NCBI GenBank assembly: GCA_964016885.1
Contig: OZ024747.1
Location: 49,538,001-49,602,000, forward strand
Direction: 5' to 3'
DNA from: Eledone cirrhosa
Taxonomy: Eukaryota
DNA length: 64,000 nucleotides
The notes under the pieces were generated by a model. The model did not search any database. It saw only the letters and a list, made by a program, of their open reading frames with translations, and was not told the origin of the DNA. Positions 47,201 through 59,600 of the stretch are shown piece after piece; positions within the stretch are counted from its first letter, which is position 1; every line of letters starts with the position of its first letter. Both the position numbers and the translations under genes were made by a program.

Positions 47201-50200
47201 AGTTTATGTATGTCTATATCTGTTTACAGTCTATGTATGTCTGTATCTGTTTACAGTTTATGTATGTGTGTGTGTTTACAGTTTATGTGTGTCTGTATCT
47301 GTTTACAGTTTATGTATGTCTGTATCTGTTTACAGTTTATGTATGTCTGTATCTGTTTACAGTCTATGTATGTCTGTATCTGTTTACAGTTTATGTATGT
47401 CTGTATCTGTTTACAGTTTATGTATGTCTGTATCTGTTTACAGTTTATGTATGTCTGTATCTGTTTACAGTCTATGTATGTCTGTATCTGTTTACAGTCT
47501 ATGTATGTCTGTATCTGTCTACAGTTTACGTGTGTCGGTACCTGTCTAGAGTCTATGTATGTGTGTACCTGTTTACAGTTTATGTATGTCTGTATCTGTT
47601 TACGGTCTATGTATGTGTGTATCTGTTTACAGTTTATGCATGTGTGTATCTGTTTACAGTTTATGTATGTCTGTATCTGTTTACAGTTTATGTATGTCTG
47701 TATCTGTTTACAGTTTATGTATGTCTATATCTGTTTACAGTCTATGTATGTCTGTATCTGTTTACAGTTTATGTATGTCTGTGTGTGTTTACAGTTTATG
47801 TGTGTCTGTATCTGTTTACAGTTTATGTATGTCTGTATCTGTTTACAGTTTATGTGTGTCTATCTGTTTACAGTCTATGTATGACTGTATCTGTTTACAG
47901 TTTATGTATATCTGTATCTGTTTACAGTTTATGTATGTCTGTATCAGTTTACAGTTTATGTGTGTCTGTATCTGTTTACAGTTTATGTGTGTCTATCTGT
48001 TTACAGTCTATGTATGTCTGTATCTGTTTACAGTTTATGTATGTCTGTATCTGTTTACAGTTTATGTATGTCTATCTGTTTACAGTTTATGTGTCTGTAT
48101 CTGTTTACAGTTTATGTATGTCTGTGTCTGTTTATAGTTTATGTATGTCTGTACCTGTTTACAGTTTATGTATGTCTGTATCTGTTTACAGTTTATGTAT
48201 GTCTGTATCTGTTTATAGTTTATATATGCCTGTATCTGTTTACAGTTTATGTATGTCTGTATCTGTTTACAGTCTATGTATGTCTGTATCTGTCTACAGT
48301 CTATGTATGTCTGTATCTGTTTACAATTTATGTATGTCTGTATCTGTTTACAGTTTATGTATGTCTGTATCTGTCTACAGTTTATGTATGTCTGTATCTG
48401 TTTACAGTCTATGTATGTCTATCTGTTTACAGTTTATGTGTCTGTATCTGTTTACAGTCTATGTATGTCTGTATCTGTCTACAGTCTATGTATGTCTGTA
48501 TTTGTTTACAGTTTATGCATGTCTGTATCTGTTTACAGTTTATGTATGTCTGTATCTGTCTACAGTTTATGTATGTCTGTATCTGTTTACAGTTTATGTA
48601 TGTATCTGTTTACAGTCTATGTATGTCTATCTGTTTACAGTTTATGTGTCTGTATCTGTTTACAGTCTATGTATGTCTGTATCTGTCTACAGTTTATGTA
48701 TGTCTGTATCTGTCTACAGTTTATGTATGTCTGTATCTGTTTACAGTTTATGTATGTCTGTATCTGTTTACAGTTTATGTATGTCTGTATCTGTTTACAG
48801 TTTATGTGTCTGTATCTGTTTACAGTTTATGTATGTCTGTATCTGTTTACAGTTTATGTGTCTATCTGTTTACAGTTTATGTGTGTCTATCTGTTTACAG
48901 TCTATGTATGACTGTATCTGTTTACAGTTTATGTATGTCTGTATCTGTTTACAGTTTATGTATGTCTGTATCTGTTTACAGTTTATGTATGCCTGTATCA
49001 GTTTACAGTTTATGTGTGTCTGTATCTGTTTACAGTCTATGTGTGTCTATCTGTTTACAGTCTATGTATGTCTGTATCTGTTTACAGTTTATGTATGTCT
49101 GTATCTGTTTACAGTTTATGTATGTCTATCAGTTTACAGTTTATGTGTGCCTGTATCTGTTTACAGTTTATGTGTGTCTATCTGTTTACAGTCTATGTAT
49201 GACTATCTGTTTACAGTTTATGTATGTCTGTATCTGTTTACAGTTTATGTATGTCTGTATCAGTTTACAGTTTATGTGTGTCTGTATCTGTTTACAGTTT
49301 ATGTGTGTCTATCTGTTTACAGTCTATGTATGTCTGTATCTGTTTACAGTTTATGTATGTCTGTATCTGTTTACAGTCTATGTATGTCTGTATCTGTTTA
49401 CAGTTTATGTATGTCTGTATCTGCTTACAGTTTATGTATGTCTGTATCTGTTTACAGTTTATGTATGTCTGTATCTGTTTACAGTTTATGTATGTCTGTA
49501 TCTGTTTACAGTATATGTATGTCTGTATCTGTTTACAGTTTATGTATGTCTGTATCTGTTTACAGTTTATGTATGTCTATATCTGTTTACAGTCTATGTA
49601 TGTCTGTATCTGTTTACAGTTTATGTATGTCTGTGTGTGTTTACAGTTTATGTGTGTCTGTATCTGTTTACAGTTTATGTATGTCTGTATCTGTTTACAG
49701 TTTATGTATGTCTGTATCTGTTTACAGTTTATGTATGTCTGTATCTGTTTACAGTTTATGTATGTCTGTATCTGTTTACAGTTTATGTATGTCTGTATCT
49801 GTTTACAGTTTATGTATGTCTGTATGTGTTTACAGTCTATGTATGTCTGTATCTGTTTACAGTTTATGTGTGTCTGTTTACAGTCTATGTTAGACTGTAT
49901 CTGTTTACAGTTTATGTATGTCTGTATCTGTTTACAGTTTATGTATGTCTGTATCTGTTTACAGTTTATGCGTGTCTGTATCTGTTTACAGTTTATGTAT
50001 GTCTGTATCTGTTTACAGTTTATGTGTGTCTGTATCTGTTTACAGTTTATGTATGTCTGTATCAGTTTACAGTTTATGTGTGTCTATCTGTTTACAGTTT
50101 ATGTGTGTCTATCTGTTTACAGTCTATGTATGACTATCTGTTTACAGTTTATGTATGTCTGTATCTGTTTACAGTTTATGTATGTCTGTATCTGTTTACA

Positions 50201-50653
50201 GTTTATGTATGTCTGTATCTGTTTACAGTTTATCTGTGCCTGTATCTGTTTACAGTTTATGTATGTCTGTATCTGTTTACAGTTTATGTATGTCTGTGTC
50301 TGTTTACAGTCTATGTATGTATCTGTTTACAGTCTATGTATGTCTGTGTCTGTTTACAGTCTATGTATGTCTGTATCTGTTTACAGTCTATGTATGTCTG
50401 TATCTGTTTACAGTCTATGTATGTCTGTATCTGTTTACAGTCTATGTATGTCTGTATCTGTTTACAGTCTATGTATGTCTGTATCTGTTTACAGTTTATG
50501 TATGTCTGTGTCTGTTTACAGTCTATGTATGTCTGTATCTGTTTACAGTTTATGTATGTCTATCTGTTTACAGTTTATGTGTCTGTATCTGTTTACAGTT
50601 TATGTATGTCTGTATCTGTTTACAGTTTATGTGTCTGTATCTGTTTACAGTTT
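38205..50653 (+). repeat. Satellite type A block 3
   Basis: Copy of ~14110-24454 (offset ~24094 rising to 26199) with an internal 2394-bp duplication. Confidence 0.96.
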
Positions 50654-53600
50654 ATGAGTGTCTGTGTCTGTTTACAGTTTATGTGAGTGTCTGTGTCTGT
50701 TTACAGTTTATGAGTGTCTGTGTCTGTTTACAGTTTATGAGTGTCTGTGTCTGTTTACAGTTTATGTGAGTGTCTCTGTCTGTTTACAGTTTGTGAGTGT
50801 CTGTGTCTGTTTACAGTTTGTGAGTGTCTGTGTCTGTTTACAGTTATGAGTGTCTGTGTCTGTTTAGAGTTTATGAGAGTGTGTGTCTGTTTACAGTTTA
50901 TGTGAGTGTGTGTCTGTTTACAGTTTATGAGCGTCTGTGTCTGTTTACAGTTTATGAGAGTGTCTGTGTCTGTTTACAGTTTATGAGAGTGTCTGTGTCT
51001 GTTTACAGTTTGTGAGTGTCCGTGTCTGTTTACAGTTTATGTCTGTGTCTGTTTACAGTTTATGAGAGTGTCTGTGTCTGTTTACAGTTTATGAGAGTGT
51101 CTGTGTCTGTTTACAGTTTATGTGAGTGTCTGTGTCTGTTTACAGTTTATGTGAGTGTCTGTGTCTGTTTAGAGTTTATGTGAGTGTCTGTGTCTGTTTA
51201 GAGTTTATGAGAGTGTCTGTGTCTGTTTACAGTTTATGAGTGTCTGTGTCTGTTTACAGTTTATGTGAGTGTCTGTGTCTGTTTAGAGTTTATGAGAGTG
51301 TCTGTGTCTGTTTAGAGTTTATGAGAGTGTCTGTGTCTGTTTACAGTTTATGAGAGTTTCTGTGTCTGTTTACAATTTATGAGTGTCTGTGTCTGTTTAC
51401 AGTCTATGAGTGTCTGTGTCTATTTACAGTTTATGAGTGTCTGTGTCTCTTTACAGTTTATGTGAGTGTCTGTGTCTGTTTACAGTTTATGAGAGTGTCT
51501 GTGTCTGTTTACAGTTTATGAGAGTGTCTGTGTCTGTTTACAGTTTATGAGAGTGTCTCTGTCTGTTTACAGTTATGAGTGTCTGTGTCTGTTTACAGTT
51601 TACGTGAGTGTCTGTGTCTGTTTACAGTTTATGTGAGTGCCTGTGTCTGTTTAGAGTTTGTGAGTGCCTGTGTCTGTTTACAGTTTATGAGTGTCTGTGT
51701 CTGTTTACAGTTTATGAGTGTCTGTGTCTGTTTACAGTTTATGAGTGTCTGTGTCTGTTTACAGTTTATGAGTGTCTGTGTCTGTTTACAGTTTATGAGT
51801 GTCTGTGTCTGTTTACAGTTTATGAGTGTCTGTGTCTGTTTACATTTTATGTGAGTGTCTGTGTCTGTTTACAGTTTATGAGAGTGTCTGTGTCTGTGTC
51901 TGTTTACAATTTATGTGAGTGTCTGTGTCTGTTTACAGTTTGTGAGTGTCTGTGTCTGTTTACAGTTTGTGAGTGTCTGTGTCTGTTTACAGTTTGTGAG
52001 TGTCTGTGTCTGTTTACAGTTTATGAGTCTGTGTCTGTTTACAGTTTATGAGTGTCTGTGTCTGTTTACAGTTTATGTGAGTGTCTGTGTCTGTTTACAG
52101 TTTATGAGAGTGTCTGTGTCTGTTTACAGTTTATGAGTATCTGTGTCTGTTTACAGTTTATGTGAGTGTGTGTCTGTTTACAGTTTATGAGTGTCTGTGT
52201 CTGTTTACAGTTTATGTGAGTGTCTGTGTCTGTTTACAGTTTATGTGAGTGTGTGTCTGTTTACAGTTTATGAGTATCTGTGTCTGTTTACAGTTTATGT
52301 GAGTGTGTGTCTGTTTACAGTTTATGAGTGTCTGTGTCTGTTTACAGTTTATGTGAGTGTCTGTGTCTGTTTACAGTTTATGAGAGTGTCTGTGTCTGTT
52401 TACAGTTTATGAGAGTGTGTGTCTGTTTACAGTTTATGTGAGTGTGTGTCTGTTTTCAGTTTATGTGAGTGTCTGTGTCTGTTTACAGTTTGAGAGTGTG
52501 TGTCTGTTTACAGTTTATGTGAGTGTCTGTGTCTGTTTACAGTTTATGTGAGTGTGTGTTAGTTTACAGTTTATGAGTGTCTGTGTCTGTTTACAGTTTA
52601 TGTGAGTGTCTGTGTCTGTTTACAGTTTATGAGAGAGTCTGTGTCTGTTTACAGTTTATGAGAGTGTCTGTGTCTGTTTACAGTTTATGAGAGTGTCTGA
52701 GTCTGTTTACAGTTTATTAGAGTGTCTGTGTCTGTTTACAGTTTATGTGAGTGTCTGTGTCTCTTTACAGTTTATGTAGTGTCTGTGTCTGTTTACAGTT
52801 TATGTAGTGTCTGTGTCTGTTTACAGTTTATGTGAGTGTCTGTGTCTGTTTACAGTTTATTAGAGTGTCCGTGTCTGTTTACAGTTTATGAGAGTGGCTG
52901 TCTGTTTACAGTTTATGAGAGTGTCTGTGTCTGTTTACAGTTTATGAGAGTGTCTGTGTCTGTTTACAGTTTATGAGAGTGTCTGTGTCTGTTTACAGTT
53001 TATGAGAGTGTCTGTGTCTGTTTACAGTTTATGAGAGTGTCTGTGTTTGTTTACAGTTTATGTGAGTGTCTGTCTGTTTACAGTTTATGAGAGTGTCTGT
53101 GTCTGTTTACAGTTTATGAGTGTCTGTGTCTGTTTACAGTTTATGAGAGTGTCTGTGTCTGTTTACAGTTTATGAGTGTCTGTGTCTGTTTACAGTTTAT
53201 GAGTGTCTGTGTCTGTTTACAGTTTATGAGAGTGTCTGTGTCTGTTTACAGTTTATGAGAGTGTCTGTGTCTGTTTACAGTTTGTGAGTGTCTGTGTCTG
53301 TTTAAAGTTTATGAGAGTGTCTGTGTCTGTTTACAGTTTATGAGAGTGTCTGTGTCTGTTTACAGTTTATGAGAGTGTCTGTGTCTGTTTACATTTTATG
53401 AGAGTGTCTGTGTCTGTTTACAGTTTGTGAGTGTCTGTGTACAGTTTATGAGAGTGTCTGTGTCTGTTTACAGTTTATGAGAGTGGCTGTGTCTGTTTAC
53501 AGTTTGTGAGTGTCTGTGTCTGTTTACAGTTTATGTGAGTGTCTGTGTCTGTTTACAGTTTTTGTGAGTGTCTGTGTCTGTTTACAGTTTATGAGTGTCT

Positions 53601-56600
53601 GTGTCTGTTTACAGTTTATGTGAGTGTGTGTCTGTTTACAGTTTTTGAGTGTCTGTGTCTGTTTACAGTTTATGTGAGTGTCTGTGTCTGTTTACAGTTT
53701 ATGTGAGTGTGTGTCTGTTTACAGTTTATGAGTGTCTGTGTCTGTTTACAGTTTATGTGTGTGTGTGTTTACAGTTTATGAGTGTCTGTGTCTGTTTACA
53801 GTTTATGTGAGTGTCTGTGTCTGTGTACAGTTTATGAGAGTGTCTGTGTCTGTTTACAGTTTATGAGAGTGTGTGTCTGTTTACAGTTTATGTGAGTGTG
53901 TGTCTGTTTACAGTTTATGTGAGTGTCTGTGTCTGTTTACAGTTTATGAGAGTGTGTGTCTGTTTACAGTTTATGTGAGTGTCTGTGTCTGTTTACAGTT
54001 TATGTGAGTGTGTGTCTGTTTACAGTTTATGAGAGTGTGTGTCTGTTTACAGTTTATGTCTGTGTCTGTTTACAGTTTATGAGAGTGTCTGTGTCTGTTT
54101 ACAGTTTATGAGAGTGTCTGTGTCTGTTTACAGTTTATGAGAGTGTCTGTGTCTGTTTACAGTTTATGAGAGTGTCTGTGTCTGTTTACAGTTTATGAGA
54201 GTGTCTGTGTCTGTTTACAGTTTGTGAGTGTCTGTGTCTGTTTACAGTTTATGAGAGTGTCTGTGTCTGTTTACAGTTTATGAGAGTGTCTGTGTCTGTT
54301 TACAGTTTGTGAGTGTCTGTGTCTGTTTACAGTTTATGAGAGTGTCTGTGTCTGTTTAGAGTTTATGTGAGTGTCTGTTTACAGTTTACGAGAGTGTCTG
54401 TGTCTGTTTACAGTTTGTGAGTGTCTGTGTCTGTTTCGGTTTATGTGAGTGTCTGTGTCTGTTTACAGTTTATGTGAGTGTCTGTGTCTGTTTACAGTTT
54501 ATCTGAGTGTCTGTGTCTGTTTACAGTTTATGAGTGTCTGTGTCTGTTTACAGTTTATGAGAGTGTGTGTCTGTTTACAGTTTATGTCAGTGTCTGTGTC
54601 TGTTTACAGTTTATGAGAGTGTCCGTGTCTGTTTACAGTTTATGAGAGTGTCTGTCTGTTTACAGTTTATGTGAGTGTCTGTTTACAGTTTATGTGAGTG
54701 TCTGTGTCTGTTTACAGTTTATTAGAGTGTCTGTGTCTGTTTACAGTTTATGAGAGTGTCTGTGTCTGTTTACAGTTTATGAGAGTGTCTGTGTCTGTTT
54801 ACAGTTTATGAGAATGTCTGTGTCTGTTTACAGTTTATGTGAGTGTCTGTGTCTGTTTACAGTTTATGTGAGTGTCTGTGTCTGTTTACAGTTTATGAGA
54901 GTGTCTGTTTACAGTTTATGAGAGTGTCTGTGTCTGTTTACAGTTTATGAGAGTGTCTGTCTGTTTACAGTTTATGTGAGTGTCTGTGTCTGTTTACAGT
55001 TTATGAGAGTGTCTGTGTCTGTTTACAGTTTATGTGAGTGTCTGTGTCTGTTTACAGTTTATGAGATTGTCTGTGTCTGTTTACAGTTTATGAGTGTCTG
55101 TGTCTGTTTACAGTTTATGAGTGTCTGTGTCTGTTTACAGTTTATGAGAGTGTCTGTGTCTGTTTACAGTTTATGAGAGTGTCTGTGTCTGTTTACAGTT
55201 TATGAGTGTCTGTGTCTGTTTACAGTTTGTGAGTGTCTGTCTGTTTACAGTTTATGTGAGTGTCTGTGTCTGTTTACAGTTTATGTGAGTGTCTGTGTCT
55301 GTTTACAGTTTATGAGTGTCTGTGTCTGTTTACAGTTTATGAGAGTGTCTGTATCTGTTTACAGTTCATGAGTGTCTGTGTCTGTTTACAGTTTGTGAGA
55401 GTGTCTGTTTACAGTTTATGTGAGTGTCTGTGTCTGTTTACAGTTTATGTGAGTGTTTGTGTCTGTTTACAGTTTATGTGAGTGTCTGTGTCTGTTTACA
55501 GTTTATGTGAGTGTCTGTGTCTGTTTACAGTTTATGTGAGTGTCTGTGTCTGTTTACAGTTTATGAGTGTCTGTGTCTGTTTACAGTTTATGAGAGTGTG
55601 TGTCTGTTTACAGTTTATGTCAGTGTCTGTGTCTGTTTACAGTTTATGAGAGTGTCTGTGTCTGTTTACAGTTCATGAGAGTGTCTGTGTCTGTTTACAG
55701 TTTATGTGAGTGTGTGTGTCTGTTTACAGTTTATGTGAGTGTCTGTTTACAGTTTATGTGAGTGTCTGTGTCTGTTTACAATTTATTAGAGTGTCTGTGT
55801 CTGTTTACAGTTTATGAGAGTGTCTGTGTCTGTTTACAGTTTATGAGAGTGTCTGTGTCTGTTTACAGTTTATGAGAGTGTCTGTGTCTGTTTACAGTTT
55901 ATGTGAGTGTCTGTGTCTGTTTACAGTTTATGTGAGTGTCTGTGTCTGTTTACAGTTTATGTGAGTGTCTGTGTCTGTTTACAGTTTATGTGAGTGTCTG
56001 TGTCTGTTTACAGTTTATGAGAGTGTCTGTGTCTGTTTACAGTTTATGAGAGTGTCTGTGTCTGTTTACAGTTTATGAGAGTGTCTGTCTGTTTACAGTT
56101 TATGTGAGTGTCTGTGTCTGTTTACAGTTTATGAGAGTGTCTGTGTCTGTTTACAGTTTATGTGAGTGTCTGTGTCTGTTTACAGTTTATGAGATTGTCT
56201 GTGTCTGTTTACAGTTTATGAGTGTCTGTGTCCGTTTACAGTTTATGAGTGTCTGTGTCTGTTTACAGTTTATGAGAGTGTCTGTGTCTGTTTACAGTTT
56301 ATGAGAGTGTCTGTGTCTGTTTACAGTTTATGAGTGTCTGTGTCTGTTTACAGTTTGTGAGTGTCTGTGTCTGTTTACAGTTTATGAGAGTGTCTGTGTC
56401 TGTTTACAGTTTGTGAGTGTCTGTGTCTGTTTACAGTTTATGTGAGTGTCTGTTTACAGTTTATGAGAGTGTCTGTGTCTGTTTACAGTTTATGTGAGTG
56501 TCTGTGTCTGTTTACAGTTTATGTGAGTGTCTGTGTCTGTTTACAGTTTATGTGAGTGTCTGTGTCTGTTTACAGTTTATGAGAGTGTCTGTGTCTGTTT

Positions 56601-59600
56601 ACAGTTTATGAGAGTGTCTGTGTCTGTTTACAGTTTATGAGAGTGTCTGTGTCTGTTTACAGTTTATGAGAGTGGCTGTCTGTTTACAGTTTATGTGAGT
56701 GTCTGTGTCTGTTTACAGTTTATGAGAGTGTCTGTGTCTGTTTACAGTTTATGTGAGTGTCTGTGCCTGTTTACAGTTTATGAGATTGTCTGTGTCTGTT
56801 TACAGTTTATGAGTGTCTGTGTCTGTTTACAGTTTATGAGTGTCTGTGTCTGTTTACAGTTTATGAGTGTCTGTGTCTGTTTACAGTTTATGAGTGTCTG
56901 TGTCTGTTTACAGTTTATGAGAGTGTCTGTGTCTGTTTACAGTTTATGAGTGTCTGTGTCTGTTTACAGTTTGTGAGTGTCTGTCTGTTTACAGTTTGTG
57001 AGTGTCTGTGTCTGTTTACAGTTTATGTGAGTGTCTGTTTACAGTTTATGAGAGTGTCTGTGTCTGTTTACAGTTTATGTGAGTGTCTGTGTCTGTTTAC
57101 AGTTTATGTGAGTGTCTGTTTACAGTTTATGAGAGTGTCTGTGTCTGTTTACAGTTTATGAGAGTGTCTGAGTCTGTTTACAGTTTATTAGAGTGTCTGT
57201 GTCTGTTTACAGTTTATGTGAGTGTCTGTGTCTGTTTACAGTTTATGTAGTGTCTGTGTCTGTTTACAGTTTATGTAGTGTCTGTGTCTGTTTACAGTTT
57301 ATGTAGTGTCTGTGTCTGTTTACAGTTTATGTAGTGTCTGTGTCTGTTTACAGTTTATGTGAGTGTCTGTGTCTGTTTACAGTTTATTAGAGTGTCCGTG
57401 TCTGTTTACAGTTTATGAGAGTGTCCGTGTCTGTTTACAGTTTATGTGAGTGTCTGTGTCTGTTTACAGTTTATGAGAGTGTCTGTGTCTGTTTACAGTT
57501 TATGAGAGTGTCTGTGTCTGTTTACAGTTTATGAGAGTGTCTGTGTCTGTTTACAGTTTATGAGTGTCTGTGTCTGTTTACAGTTTATGAGAGTGTCTGT
57601 GTCTGTTTACAGTTTATGAGTGTCTGTGTCTGTTTACAGTTTATGAGTGTCTGTGTCTGTTTACAGTTTATGAGAGTGTCTGTGTCTGTTTACAGTTTAT
57701 GAGAGTGTCTGTGTCTGTTTACAGTTTGTGAGTGTCTGTGTCTGTTTACAGTTTATGAGAGTGTCTGTGTCTGTTTACAGTTTATGAGAGTGTCTGTGTC
57801 TGTTTACAGTTTGTGAGTGTCTGTGTCTGTTTACAGTTTATGAGAATGTCTGTGTCTGTTTACATTTTATGAGAGTGTCTGTGTCTGTTTACAGTTTGTG
57901 AGTGTCTGTGTCTGTGTACAGTTTATGAGAGTGTCTGTGTCTGTTTACAGTTTATGTGAGTGTGTGTCTGTTTACAGTTTTTGAGTGTCTGTGTCTGTTT
58001 ACAGTTTATGTGAGTGTCTGTGTCTGTTTACAGTTTATGTGAGTGTGTGTCTGTTTACAGTTTATGAGTGTCTGTGTCTGTTTACAGTTTATGTGTGTGT
58101 GTGTTTACAGTTTATGAGTGTCTGTGTCTGTTTACAGTTTATGTGAGTGTCTGTGTCTGTTTACAGTTTATGAGAGTGTGTGTCTGTTTACAGTTTATGT
58201 GAGTGTGTGTCTGTTTACAGTTTATGTGAGTGTCTGTGTCTGTTTACAGTTTATGAGAGTGTGTGTCTGTTTACAGTTTATGTGAGTGTCTGTGTCTGTT
58301 TACAGTTTATGTGAGTGTGTGTCTGTTTACAGTTTATGAGTGTCTGTGTCTGTTTACAGTTTATGAGAGTGTGTGTCTGTTTACAGTTTATGTCTGTGTC
58401 TGTTTACAGTTTATGAGAGTGTCTGTGTCTGTTTACAGTTTATGAGAGTGTCTGTGTCTGTTTACAGTTTATGAGAGTGTCTGTGTCTGTTTACAGTTTA
58501 TGAGAGTGTCTGTGTCTGTTTACAGTTTATGAGAGTGTCTGTGTCTGTTTACAGTTTATGAGAGTGTCTGTGTCTGTTTACAGTTTATGTGAGTGTCTGT
58601 GTCTGTTTACAGTTTATGAGAGTGTCTGTGTCTGTTTACAGTTTGTGAGTGTCTGTGTCTGTTTACAGTTTATGAGAGTGTCTGTGTCTGTTTACAGTTT
58701 ATGAGAGTGTCTGTGTCTGTTTACAGTTTGTGAGAGTGTCTGTGTCTGTTTACAGTTTATGTGAGTGTGTGTGTCTGTTTACAGTTTATGTGAGTGTCTG
58801 TGTCTGTTTACAATTTATTAGAGTGTCTGTGTCTGTTTACAGTTTATGAGAGTGTCTGTGTCTGTTTACAGTTTATGAGAGTGTCTGTGTCTGTTTACAG
58901 TTTATGAGAGTGTCTGTGTCTGTTTACAGTTTATGTGAGTGTCTGTGTCTGTTTACAGTTTATGTGAGTGTCTGTGTCTGTTTACAGTTTATGTGAGTGT
59001 CTGTGTCTGTTTACAGTTTATGTGAGTGTCTGTGTCTGTTTACAGTTTATGAGAGTGTCTGTGTCTGTTTACAGTTTATGAGAGTGTCTGTGTCTGTTTA
59101 CAGTTTATGAGAGTGTCTGTCTGTTTACAGTTTATGTGAGTGTCTGTTTACAGTTTATGAGAGTGTCTGTGTCTGTTTACAGTTTATGTGAGTGTCTGTG
59201 TCTGTTTACAGTTTATGAGATTGTCTGTGTCTGTTTACAGTTTATGAGTGTCTGTGTCCGTTTACAGTTTATGAGAGTGTCTGTGTCTGTTTACAGTTTA
59301 TGAGAGTGTCTGTGTCTGTTTACAGTTTATGAGTGTCTGTGTCTGTTTACAGTTTATGAGAGTGTCTGTGTCTGTTTACAGTTTGTGAGTGTCTGTGTCT
59401 GTTTACAGTTTATGTGAGTGTCTGTTTACAGTTTATGAGAGTGTCTGTGTCTGTTTACAGTTTATGTGAGTGTCTGTGTCTGTTTACAGTTTATGTGAGT
59501 GTCTGTGTCTGTTTACAGTTTATGTGAGTGTCTGTTTACAGTTTATGTGAGTGTCTGTGTCTGTTTACAGTTTATGAGAGTGTCTGTGTCTGTTTACAGT

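Noticed and set aside
13438-50686. Very long plus-strand ORFs (up to 2538 aa) rich in C/V/Y/L/S/M
   Set aside because: The 27-bp type-A monomer is a multiple of 3 and lacks stops in all three plus frames. The ORFs switch peptide phase at each indel and carry no coding signal.
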